From Candidatus Kaiserbacteria bacterium (GTDB taxonomy: Bacteria; Patescibacteriota; Minisyncoccia; Phycocordibacterales; UBA2100), in NCBI GenBank assembly GCA_016186765.1, contig JACPLD010000005.1, forward strand, positions 13,785-77,784: DNA of 64,000 nucleotides, written 5' to 3'. Positions 55,927-64,000 of the stretch are shown one piece after another. The translations under genes and the position numbers were made by a program. Position 1 is the first letter of the stretch; each line of letters begins with the position of its first letter. Below the pieces are notes generated by a model. It saw nothing but the letters and a program-made list of their open reading frames with translations. It did no database searches and was not told the origin of the DNA.

Positions 55927-56888
55927 CTGATCTTCAATCTATTTCCCCCGCCAAAGAGAAGCAAGAGCACGACAGCTGCGAAGTGCGGCAGGTGTCCCGC
56001 GAGCTCTATCGGCCCCAAGACAAAGAGCGGGACCGTGAAGAAGATCGCGAGCACGAGCGCGTTGAGGCGCGTCACGATGCCGAGGATAAAGACGAGACCG
56101 AGAAGCGATTCAACAGCACCCGCCGAGAGCGTGAACAGGTAGTCAGAGTACCACTCGAAGCCGAGAAGCTGCATGAAGTTCCAGTGGTGTTGCGCGAGAA
56201 AGTTGATGCCGAGCTCCGGGCGCAGGATTTTCTCCGAAAAACCGAGAACAAGGAGTGTTGCACCGGTGCCAATGCGCAAGAGCGGCAAAGCGTATTCGTG
56301 GTAGCGTCGTGTGAGGTGCGCGAGCGCACGCCACGGCACGAGGCTAAAGTAATCGCTCCCCATGATGAGGATAAAGAGCGCCGTCGAAAGCACCCACACG
56401 TCCTCGAGCATTGCAACGACACCGGCTACCGGAAAAGAAGCGATCCAAAGCAAAGCGAGGCCCACTGCCGCCACGCGCGCGTAGATGCCCGCGAGAAACG
56501 CAATTCCGATAAGTATTTGGAGGACAACGAGCGTATACGGTATTCCCGATTCAATCGTCAGATTCGGCGAAAAAAGATAGCTGTGCGTTCCCGCGATGAC
56601 AAAGAATGCCCCCGCGATCATCGAGAAGGTGGATGCCGCTCGCGTGTAGGCGTGGTCGCGCCTCGGGTGGAGGAACGAGAGTTGGAACATCCCTCGCCGC
56701 TCGAGATAGATACCGATCGCGACGATAATGGCGGCGACGACCGCCCACACGGTGAGATAGAACGTGGTCGGCTCGCTCGTTTCGTGCAGCGGCAACTCCC
56801 CCTCTGCAAACCATCGTGTGTGCGCGAGCGCAAGCGACGGCGCGAGCAGTGCGAGAACAGCGGGCCGCAATCCAACTCCGATGTGCAT
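55923..56888 (-). CDS. hypothetical polytopic membrane protein
   Basis: The 321-aa product has 8-9 TM helices. Confidence 0.5.
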   Translation of the reverse strand: MHIGVGLRPAVLALLAPSLALAHTRWFAEGELPLHETSEPTTFYLTVWAVVAAIIVAIGIYLERRGMFQLSFLHPRRDHAYTRAASTFSMIAGAFFVIAGTHSYLFSPNLTIESGIPYTLVVLQILIGIAFLAGIYARVAAVGLALLWIASFPVAGVVAMLEDVWVLSTALFILIMGSDYFSLVPWRALAHLTRRYHEYALPLLRIGTGATLLVLGFSEKILRPELGINFLAQHHWNFMQLLGFEWYSDYLFTLSAGAVESLLGLVFILGIVTRLNALVLAIFFTVPLFVLGPIELAGHLPHFAAVVLLLLFGGGNRLKIS

Positions 56889-56957
56889 CTACCAATCCTA
56901 CGTCGGATCGAACGAGCCGGTTCAGGTTTTCCACATCAGCGCTCCGCGAGCAACACT

Positions 56958-57332
56958 CTACGCGAGAGCGAGGAGAAACAGTGCTGCGCCAAGCAATGCC
57001 ATGTTCTTGAGGAACATCTGCATGTCCACCATCTTCATGTTCGGGTCATCCACCTTCCAGAAAGCATGCATGATAGGCGTGATGACAACGAGAAACGTAG
57101 CAATAAGGAGAAGCGAGATCGTTGCGTACACGTCGAAGATGACACCGAGTCCTGCGAGGACGATGACGATGCCCGTGACGATCGTCGAGAGCTGCGGCAT
57201 GGGCGCACCCTTCATTTGCGCGTAGGCCGTCATGTCCTTGAGCTTCATAAAATGCATCATGCCGCCAACGACGAAGAAGCCGCCATAAAGAATGCGACCC
57301 ACGAGTTCGAATACCGGTATGAGTTGTTCCAT
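56958..57332 (-). CDS. DoxX family membrane protein
   Basis: The 124-aa product has 4 TM helices in a DoxX-like pattern (ILYGGFFVVGGMMHF...). Confidence 0.65.
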   Translation of the reverse strand: MEQLIPVFELVGRILYGGFFVVGGMMHFMKLKDMTAYAQMKGAPMPQLSTIVTGIVIVLAGLGVIFDVYATISLLLIATFLVVITPIMHAFWKVDDPNMKMVDMQMFLKNMALLGAALFLLALA

Positions 57333-57394
57333 AAAAATGCCAACGAGCAGTCCTGATAATTACCCACCGTATACCTTCTCGCCTAATTAACACG

Positions 57395-57550
57395 CTATCT
57401 GGGAACGGCTTCCTTGATTATCTCGAGATTGCACGACTTGTGCTCCTTGCACCACGCCTCGCAGCGATTGGCAGTCTCTTCCTTGGCATACGCAAAACCG
57501 CACTCCTCACACTGGTAGAGAACTTCCCTATTCTTGATTTTTCTAACCAT
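57395..57550 (-). CDS. possible 51-aa zinc-ribbon protein
   Basis: The product MVRKIKNREVLYQCEECGFAYAKEETANRCEAWCKEHKSCNLEIIKEAVPR has CxxC...CxxxC. It is under the ORF-track cut-off. Confidence 0.3.
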   Translation of the reverse strand: MVRKIKNREVLYQCEECGFAYAKEETANRCEAWCKEHKSCNLEIIKEAVPR

Positions 57551-57697
57551 ACCAGAAGTCTTTGATCACCAGCTATGTCCCGCATCCGCAATCACACGTG
57601 CCATCCTCCTTGTGCTCATGACCGCACATCGTGCACGTGCTTCCGCCTTTGTCTTTATCCTCCATAAGCAAGATTATTATCCAATAATGGTTCGACC

Positions 57698-58705
57698 TCA
57701 CTTGTAAAGTTCCGTTCCAGGATGCGCGGCGGCCCAGGCAAACCAGAATGAACTGAATGGATTCACGCGCTCCTCCCCTCTTTGCGTCTTCTTGAAGACT
57801 CGCACAACATCGAGTTCCTTGTCGTGACGAAGTACAAACGTCGTTCCTTCGAACGTGTCGATAACCTCTCTCTTCACCTTCACCGCCTCGACGCTATATG
57901 CCTTCGCTTTTCCATTGACAACCAGCCCGAGGACAAGTGCATCATTGGGAAGCTGCATGTCGGCCGGACGCGCGAGCGAGAGCGCGAGGGTTGTGGCTGA
58001 AAAGTAATCACCGTACGGATTCGTTCCATAAAAACGCGCTGCTCCTGTTTCGCGAGAGAGCACCTCACCGCTGGGAAAGTTCTTCTTCCAATCGCCATAC
58101 ATAGCCTGATCCGAAGAGAGCAACGAAAGCTTCGTGCCTGTCATTTCTCCAACAATTGCCTCACCCAAAATTTGAGACCATAGACTATCTGTCCTGCGGT
58201 CATACATCACTAGATTCGAATTCCAAAGCTTTCCTGAAGTGCCAAACTCAACGCGCTCACCGTTGACAATCGGATCAAACACGAATCCGGTGAGACAGAG
58301 CGGACAGAACGTAACGAGTATCCGCTTCCCATTCACCGTGTCGTTGACAATCTCGTGCCAAACCAGGATCTGATAGGGGTAGAACCGATGTACATCTCCA
58401 TCGGAGTACGCGATGCCCGGCTCATCGTCTTTGAGCCAGCTTTCTGCATCTTTGACGGAGACGAATTTCGGATTGTCGATCGAAGGAATGCCATCCTTCG
58501 GCGGACCGCCCGAAACAATTTCCTCCAATGGGACACTATGCTTCAAACCATTGGTGATGCTGACCGCTCTTGTGCTTGTAGCAAAAAGTGACGTCTCACC
58601 CGACGGTTCTTTGAGAACAGATTCATTGCTTATCAGGCGTTGATACATAAGTAGAGATACCGAGGCCAGCGCAAGAACGAGAATGACGAGTGCTGCGCGG
58701 TTCAT
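57698..58705 (-). CDS. DUF3179 domain protein (secreted/anchored)
   Basis: The 335-aa product has a signal anchor and PKDGIPSIDNPKF...FCPLC motifs. Confidence 0.65.
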   Translation of the reverse strand: MNRAALVILVLALASVSLLMYQRLISNESVLKEPSGETSLFATSTRAVSITNGLKHSVPLEEIVSGGPPKDGIPSIDNPKFVSVKDAESWLKDDEPGIAYSDGDVHRFYPYQILVWHEIVNDTVNGKRILVTFCPLCLTGFVFDPIVNGERVEFGTSGKLWNSNLVMYDRRTDSLWSQILGEAIVGEMTGTKLSLLSSDQAMYGDWKKNFPSGEVLSRETGAARFYGTNPYGDYFSATTLALSLARPADMQLPNDALVLGLVVNGKAKAYSVEAVKVKREVIDTFEGTTFVLRHDKELDVVRVFKKTQRGEERVNPFSSFWFAWAAAHPGTELYK

Positions 58706-58714
58706 AGGGCCCGG

Positions 58715-58963
58715 CTACTTCGCGTGGATATCGAGCCACTTTTGGAGAGCTACTTTGTTGAATCCCACAACGACCTCCTGCCCCAAAAGAATGACGGGTA
58801 CGCCCATTTGCTGAGATTTCTCTATCATTTCTGCGCGTGCAGCTGCATCCTTCGCAACATCTTTTTCTTCATACGAGATGTTGTTCTCTGCGAAAAATTC
58901 CTTCACCTGCTTACAGTACGGACATGTCGGGGTTGTGAAGATGGTGACTTTTTCTTGTTCCAT
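58715..58963 (-). CDS. glutaredoxin-like protein (NrdH/Grx family)
   Basis: The 82-aa product has the active site TPTCPYCKQVKEF. Confidence 0.8.
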   Translation of the reverse strand: MEQEKVTIFTTPTCPYCKQVKEFFAENNISYEEKDVAKDAAARAEMIEKSQQMGVPVILLGQEVVVGFNKVALQKWLDIHAK

Positions 58964-59000
58964 ATGTTTTAGTTAGTAATAAGCTGATAATCCACTCAAT

Positions 59001-59303
59001 TTATCCACAGATTGCCTTTTCGAGATTGTCCATGAATTTGTCATGCACAAGCCGATAGCAGATTTGCACGCCCATGCGCTCCGAGGTGACGAGCCCCGTG
59101 TCTTTCATCATGCGCAGGTGGTGCGAGACGGTGTTGAGCTGCGCGCCGATACTCTCCGCGATATCGGAGACGCACCCCTCGCCGTACTCGAAGAGAAAGC
59201 AGAAGATCCGTATCCGCGTCTCGTCACCAGCGATCGAGAGGAGCCGAGCTCGCCGAACGAGGTCTGCATCAAGCACGATTTTCCGATACGTTGTTGTAGG
59301 CAT
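59001..59303 (-). CDS. ArsR-family metalloregulator
   Basis: The 100-aa product has an HTH (RIRIFCFLFEYGEGCVSDIAESIGAQLNTVSHHLRMMKDTGLV) and a Cys pair in the DNA-binding helix. Confidence 0.7.
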   Translation of the reverse strand: MPTTTYRKIVLDADLVRRARLLSIAGDETRIRIFCFLFEYGEGCVSDIAESIGAQLNTVSHHLRMMKDTGLVTSERMGVQICYRLVHDKFMDNLEKAICG

Positions 59304-59405
59304 GAACTATTCTTATACTTCAATAATATTAGAAGTATTAGCTGAACTGGGCATGAAGGTCAAGCCCTGTCCGCGGTTCCAAATGTTTTCTGCTTGCCTG
59401 TCAAC

Positions 59406-60629
59406 CTAATGCCCTCCGCCCATCTCGATCTCACCCTTGAATATCGTCGGGTCCGCTTCACCCTCCACACGGAGAACGCCCCACGCGCCACGATCAAGGC
59501 GCGCGAGAGCGTGATCGACGAGTACATAATTCCCCGGCACTTCGAGACCAAACTCCACAATAGATGCGCCGCCTGCGGGAACGATCGTGCTCTGGACATT
59601 GCGGTGCGGCTCGGAGCCAATTGCCGCCTCGGGATAGACACTATCGAAGATCTCGCCTATCACGTGGAATGAGGAAATGAGATTGACGCCGCCGTTCCCC
59701 ACAAAGAGCCTGACCTTCTCACCGACATTCGCCGACATCTTTCCGCTCAAGCCCCCCGTGCGACCATTAAAGACCACGTACTGGGGTTTTCCGCCCAACA
59801 TGCTCTCTGCATCAAATATCTGGATCCCTTTTTTGCCCAAGTTTCCGGTCGTGTAGAACTCACCCTGCATCACGTAAAATTCTTTATCGACCTTGGGCAA
59901 TCCTTCTGCAGGTTCTACGAGAATGAGACCGTACATTCCGTGGGCCATGTGATTCGCCACGTTTGGATGCGCGCAGTGGTACACGAAGAGACCGGGATTG
60001 AGTGCTTTGAACGTGAGTGTCTTCGATTCGCCGGGCGCAACATTCGTCGCAACCGCTCCCCCGCCGGGGCCGGTTACCGCGTGAAGATCGATCGAGTGAT
60101 GGTGCAGGCTCGTTGGGTCGTTCGTGAGCGTGAGGCGCACCGTGTCCCCCTCGCGCACCCGCAGGAATGGTCCAGGCACCGTGCCATCAAACGTCCAGTA
60201 ATTGAGGTACACGCCCGGTGCCATCTCCGCAATCACTTCTTTCGTCGTAATCTCTATATCAACCGTCGCGGACTCCGTGCGCTCTATGGGCGGCGGCACA
60301 TCTGCCGGATCGTGCGCAATGTCGGAAGGTCGCTCGAAATTCCCGATCTTCCTGAAGAATTGCAAGACGTTCCCAAACGGAAGGACGGGCCCTTCCGCGG
60401 GACCGAACGTTTTGAGGAAGAACGGGTACTCGAATCCGTGCGGAAGCCCCTGCGGAACGTAGAAGAATATAGAGACGCCGAGAAACACGACGAGGAGCGA
60501 AACTGCCATCCATTTCGAATGGAGTTTGCGCAACACAAGGTATATGAAAATGCCCGCGGCAACGTATGCAATGAAGAGACCGAGAGTTTGTACGAAGACG
60601 TACGAGAGAAGCGTAGCTATCCAATCCAT
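59406..60629 (-). CDS. two-domain multicopper oxidase, copper-containing nitrite reductase (NirK)-like, membrane-anchored
   Basis: The product has N-terminal TM helices, a type-2 Cu motif (HHHSIDLHAVTGPGG) and a type-1 Cu motif (YHCAHPNVANHMAHGMYGLILVEP). Confidence 0.7.
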   Translation of the reverse strand: MDWIATLLSYVFVQTLGLFIAYVAAGIFIYLVLRKLHSKWMAVSLLVVFLGVSIFFYVPQGLPHGFEYPFFLKTFGPAEGPVLPFGNVLQFFRKIGNFERPSDIAHDPADVPPPIERTESATVDIEITTKEVIAEMAPGVYLNYWTFDGTVPGPFLRVREGDTVRLTLTNDPTSLHHHSIDLHAVTGPGGGAVATNVAPGESKTLTFKALNPGLFVYHCAHPNVANHMAHGMYGLILVEPAEGLPKVDKEFYVMQGEFYTTGNLGKKGIQIFDAESMLGGKPQYVVFNGRTGGLSGKMSANVGEKVRLFVGNGGVNLISSFHVIGEIFDSVYPEAAIGSEPHRNVQSTIVPAGGASIVEFGLEVPGNYVLVDHALARLDRGAWGVLRVEGEADPTIFKGEIEMGGGH

Positions 60630-60693
60630 GGCGTTATGTGCATTGTCGCATAGCGCGGCGCCGAGTACAGCCGGCGCCGCGTCAACCTGTTAG

Positions 60694-61116
60694 TTAGTCG
60701 AAGCGAAGTTCGATTTGGTCACCGTCGCGCATGATGTAGTCGCCGTATTCCGTATTCGAGACGCCGTTTACGGTCATCCGCATGTTGGAGCCAAAGGAAC
60801 GCATGTCTTTGCCCCAGATTTCGAAGAATCGGCCGAGCATGACATCTTTTGTGCGGGCTACACCCTGAAATTCGAGGTGAATAATCGGAAGGTCGTCGTG
60901 CGTATGCATCGGCGCATGCACCGCGCCAATGCCGACGTTTTGAGGAATCTCAATTTTTTCTCCTTTGACATATATCTCAAGGCGCGGATGCCAATGTATT
61001 CCCACCCCGACAACATCGGGATCGTTCGGCAATGTACCGCTCGGTTTTGGAAGAATAAAGATGGCCCCAAGAGCTAGAACGACAAGTGCGCCAATTGCAA
61101 TAAAGAATATTTTCAT
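60694..61116 (-). CDS. secreted hypothetical protein
   Basis: The 140-aa product has a signal peptide and is His-rich (HWHP..HAPMHTHDD), so it may bind metal. Confidence 0.4.
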   Translation of the reverse strand: MKIFFIAIGALVVLALGAIFILPKPSGTLPNDPDVVGVGIHWHPRLEIYVKGEKIEIPQNVGIGAVHAPMHTHDDLPIIHLEFQGVARTKDVMLGRFFEIWGKDMRSFGSNMRMTVNGVSNTEYGDYIMRDGDQIELRFD

Positions 61117-61120
61117 ACGT

Positions 61121-61696
61121 TTAATGATTTACGTGATCACCGGCTCCGCCGCAGCCGTCTGAGAGGTTCCAGACCTCGGTCACTTGTTTGCCGGTGAATC
61201 CATATTTTTGAATGAGTAATTTTCCTAGGCCTCCGTATACGAACCACCGCCAGCACCTGCAGCAGCAGGGACCCTTTTCGTCCGAGTTCTGCATCGCGTA
61301 GTCGTACGCTTTTTGTTCCTCCGCGGTAAGTTCAACGTCGTAGTACGCCTTTAGCTTCTTCGCCAAAGAAGCGTCAATGTCATACGGATCCGGCGGAATT
61401 TCAGGAATGTTCTTGAACTTCTGTAGTCCCGTGACCTGCTCTTCGTACCGATGAGGATCCATCGGAGAGCAGCACGAGCCGATAAGCCGCGCTGAATCCG
61501 ACATATCGTCGATCGAGTCGGCAAACGCGGCAGAACACGATGAGTTGCCGCTTTTACTTAAGACGTCAAACCTGGCTGCAAGAGCCTCATCGGCGATGAA
61601 TGCCAATGGCGCTTTAGATGTTGCGCTGAAGTAGTATGCGCCGCCAATGAAGAGCGCCGACACTACAACAGCGATTTGTAATTGTTTACTGTTCAT
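61121..61696 (-). CDS. secreted Cys-containing hypothetical protein
   Basis: The 191-aa product has a signal peptide and CC/CCC clusters (GSCCSP, GPCCCRCW). Confidence 0.4.
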   Translation of the reverse strand: MNSKQLQIAVVVSALFIGGAYYFSATSKAPLAFIADEALAARFDVLSKSGNSSCSAAFADSIDDMSDSARLIGSCCSPMDPHRYEEQVTGLQKFKNIPEIPPDPYDIDASLAKKLKAYYDVELTAEEQKAYDYAMQNSDEKGPCCCRCWRWFVYGGLGKLLIQKYGFTGKQVTEVWNLSDGCGGAGDHVNH

Positions 61697-61705
61697 GAGA
61701 TCGAT

Positions 61706-62254
61706 TTAGTTTTTGCACACAAGAGGATTAGTAATTTGTTTCGCGAGAAGGACAATAGAAATGGCGAGTAACACAACCCCGAGTATCCCGAATTCCCCGC
61801 CTCTGAGCGGCAGAAGGAAGAGTGCTCCCGCTGCTCCGAAACTGGAAAGAATACTTGTAAGTAGGAACGATCCGCACGCAGCGCATCCGATTCCGAAGAT
61901 GCCGCTTGTCATTCCTGCGAATCCCGCGGTCATCATGGTGCCCTTCGCCGCTCCGATTCTTCGCTTCCAATAGTAGATCATCATCGCCACGTTCACGCCG
62001 AAGAGAATCGGTATCGCAATCGTGTACAGAGCCGAGAGCACACTGAAGTTGGTGCTAATGGAGGTGAGAAGCGTTAGGGGCAGCGAGATCTTTTGAGATA
62101 CACTCGCGGCAGGATCCCCAATGATCTGCGCGATGAGCCCGAGATTCGGCATCCAGACGGTCATGGCGAAGGCGATGAGCGCAATAAGAATCGCGACGAG
62201 TACGTACGCAGGTCTTCGGAACACGATTGTGAGCGCACGTACGATCATACTCAT
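61706..62254 (-). CDS. hypothetical polytopic membrane protein with an in-membrane CAACG motif
   Basis: The 182-aa product has 5 TM helices and overlaps the dsbA-like stop. Confidence 0.4.
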   Translation of the reverse strand: MSMIVRALTIVFRRPAYVLVAILIALIAFAMTVWMPNLGLIAQIIGDPAASVSQKISLPLTLLTSISTNFSVLSALYTIAIPILFGVNVAMMIYYWKRRIGAAKGTMMTAGFAGMTSGIFGIGCAACGSFLLTSILSSFGAAGALFLLPLRGGEFGILGVVLLAISIVLLAKQITNPLVCKN

Positions 62255-62985
62255 TTCTCTTGCAACGCAAGTTCAAGGAGCTGCTTAACGGCCTCATACG
62301 GCTGCGCGCCCGAGAGCGGATACTTCTTTCCGCTCTTTGCAATGACTATACTCCACGGCGTACCGTTGCCGCCTGTCGAAAGCGCGTTCTGATAATCCTC
62401 CTCAACATGCGCGGCGTATTTTCCGCTCGAAAGGCAAGAATTGAAGTTTGCGACGTCGAGACCAACATACTGCGCGATCTTCGGAAGCTCTGCGGGATCG
62501 AGATTGTTGTTTGATGGAGTGACTTCAAACAGCCGGTCCACATACGCCCAAAACGCATCGTTCCCGCCGAGCTCCGCGGCGCACTCGGTTGCCTCGGCTT
62601 CCTTGTCCGCCTTCGGATGAATGTTGTCGAGTGGAAAATGGCGATATACCCATGCTGCTTTTCCGCTCGCACCGTATTCGTCCATAACCCGCTGCATCGT
62701 CGGGTGGAAGCTCTTGCAGAAGGGACACTCGGTATCTGAATACTCTATGATTTTCACCGGTGCGTCTGGATTACCACGAATATGATCATCGCTCGAGATC
62801 GCCCGCATCTCTTCGAGGTTTCCAGCCTCTGCCGCAGGCGGTTGCGTACCATCCGCAATCCCGCTTCCACGGTTACCAAAGTACACGGCTCCCGCAATTA
62901 GCGCTCCCGCAACGACGATTGCGACTGGAATCGATAGATTGGTGTTTCTCCATCCGGTCTCTGCACGTTCAGGACTACTCTCCAT
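62251..62985 (-). CDS. DsbA-like thioredoxin-fold thiol:disulfide oxidoreductase
   Basis: The 244-aa product has a signal anchor and the active site CPFCKSF. Confidence 0.8.
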   Translation of the reverse strand: MESSPERAETGWRNTNLSIPVAIVVAGALIAGAVYFGNRGSGIADGTQPPAAEAGNLEEMRAISSDDHIRGNPDAPVKIIEYSDTECPFCKSFHPTMQRVMDEYGASGKAAWVYRHFPLDNIHPKADKEAEATECAAELGGNDAFWAYVDRLFEVTPSNNNLDPAELPKIAQYVGLDVANFNSCLSSGKYAAHVEEDYQNALSTGGNGTPWSIVIAKSGKKYPLSGAQPYEAVKQLLELALQEK

Positions 62986-63400
62986 ACCAGTCCCTCTGCC
63001 AGTTTTTCATTTGCTCGATCTCGCGCGTCTGCGCCGAGATGATATCTTCTGCCATTTGCTTTATCTCGTCGTGCTTTGCGCTTTCGAGCGCGGCGCGTGC
63101 CATGTCGACAGCTCCCTCATGATGAACGATCATCTCTGCGATGAACGCGCGATCGAACTCATCGCCCGAAAGCCCTTCGAGATTTTCCGTCATGCCATGC
63201 ATTGCCTCTTCCATCTCCATTGAGCCGCCGCGCATCATGCCACCGAGGCCCATCATGTTCATCATTCCCCCGCCAAAGCCGCTTCCTCCCAGCGCGAGCC
63301 CGATGACAAGCCCGATGAGAAGCGTGAGGAGTCCGATAATGAGAGTATTGTTGTTCACGTTGTCCATAGTCGTTGTTGTTACGAACCTGCTAACGGGCAA
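62975..63400 (-). CDS. DUF305 domain protein (often in metal-resistance clusters)
   Basis: The 141-aa product has FDRAFIAEMIVHHEGAVDMA. Confidence 0.65.
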   Translation of the reverse strand: MPVSRFVTTTTMDNVNNNTLIIGLLTLLIGLVIGLALGGSGFGGGMMNMMGLGGMMRGGSMEMEEAMHGMTENLEGLSGDEFDRAFIAEMIVHHEGAVDMARAALESAKHDEIKQMAEDIISAQTREIEQMKNWQRDWYGE

Positions 63401-63420
63401 AAATGCCTGAGGTCAAACGA

Positions 63421-63786
63421 TTACGGAGCCCTGCGATGAAGAATACCGCCCGAGAAAAGCTCCTGCATGAGCGTCGGTCGCTCGGGTGTACGCCTGCGCA
63501 GTCGTATGCGCTCGAAGCTTCGCTCCGGGAGCGAATGCAGATCCCACACGCGCGAAAAGGCTAGCGCAAGCGCAGCGAGCACGAGCAACTCCGCGAGAAT
63601 GCTCGAAAAGGCGATTTGCCAATGATTCAAGTGCTCGAGAATGGAGCTCGCGCAGAGCGCCGTTTGACCGAGCATAAAAGGACAGCCCATCTCGGTATGC
63701 ATTGGGCCCATGAGTGCGAATGCTCCAAAGAGAGCCACGAGCACAAACAGCGTCAGTGCGAGAAGTGCATATGCGCGGAGCTCCAT
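63421..63786 (-). CDS. hypothetical membrane protein
   Basis: The 121-aa product has 2-3 TM helices and a CPFM motif. Confidence 0.35.
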   Translation of the reverse strand: MELRAYALLALTLFVLVALFGAFALMGPMHTEMGCPFMLGQTALCASSILEHLNHWQIAFSSILAELLVLAALALAFSRVWDLHSLPERSFERIRLRRRTPERPTLMQELFSGGILHRRAP

Positions 63787-63888
63787 ATGCGCAGTCTATC
63801 ATCTCCGCTCGCGCCGCCACAATGCCGCAAATGGCAAGGTAAGACCTTGCCATTCAGAACTAAGGATTTACTAAGGATTTAAAGCGAT

Positions 63889-64000
63889 TGCCGGCGCAAA
63901 AGGATGGCATTCAAGGCGACGATCACAGTCGAGAGCGACATGAATACCGCTGCGAGGGCGGGCTCAAGAAGGATGCCGTACGAAGCAAGAACACCTGCCG
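63889..64000 (-). CDS. C-terminal end of a heavy-metal (copper)-translocating P1B-type ATPase; the gene continues beyond the window
   Basis: The reverse translation ...[39 protein letters not shown] matches the last TM helix and the end of CopA-like ATPases. Confidence 0.6.

Noticed and set aside
55866-57356. 496-aa plus-strand ORF
   Set aside because: It is antisense to two well-supported membrane-protein genes (55923..56888 and the DoxX gene 56958..57332). Its composition is extremely R/E/D/H-rich, and it starts inside the HAD gene fragment.

Overview
This is a gene-dense bacterial chromosomal fragment of about 57-58% GC, with nearly all genes on the minus strand. The mix of a short 350-aa MetK, many secreted or PG-binding proteins and a giant surface protein is consistent with a small-genome, possibly CPR/Patescibacteria-like organism; that placement is inference only. 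The housekeeping genes I recognise are lepA, murJ, an O-antigen-ligase/TPR protein, a class II-like ribonucleotide reductase, htpX, lemA, groES/groEL, secG, an OppA-like substrate-binding protein, RNase J, two HhH-GPD glycosylases, ddl, a yvcK-like gene, metK, glmS, a minimal GGDEF protein, a sortase, an L,D-transpeptidase, msrB, an ABC exporter pair and HAD hydrolases. The window ends in a copper/redox cluster (glutaredoxin, ArsR, NirK-like multicopper oxidase, DsbA, DUF305 and the C-terminus of a P-type ATPase). RNA and regulatory features I can support are tRNA-Gly(CCC), tRNA-Ser(GGA), RNase P RNA (which overlaps the mis-called 5' end of ORF 4663..7023), and a SAM-I riboswitch with a terminator upstream of metK. 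The most interesting items are these. (1) A ~2.6 kb low-GC (~35-40%) island at about 35.8-38.4 kb. It encodes an EVE/PUA-like domain fused to a PD-(D/E)xK nuclease, translationally coupled to a MazG-like NTP pyrophosphohydrolase, next to a coiled-coil 2-TM (SLATT-like) protein. I read this as a candidate modification-dependent anti-phage module in an uncharacterised arrangement. (2) A ~100-nt structured palindromic element present in four intergenic copies with compensatory stem changes. (3) A secreted, Met-rich protein built from ten ~42-aa four-Cys repeats, convergent with msrB. (4) A 2442-aa surface protein and a GH18 enzyme, both carrying C-terminal peptidoglycan-binding domains. Several long ORF-track entries are antisense or out-of-frame artefacts, and the starts of several genes were re-set downstream.
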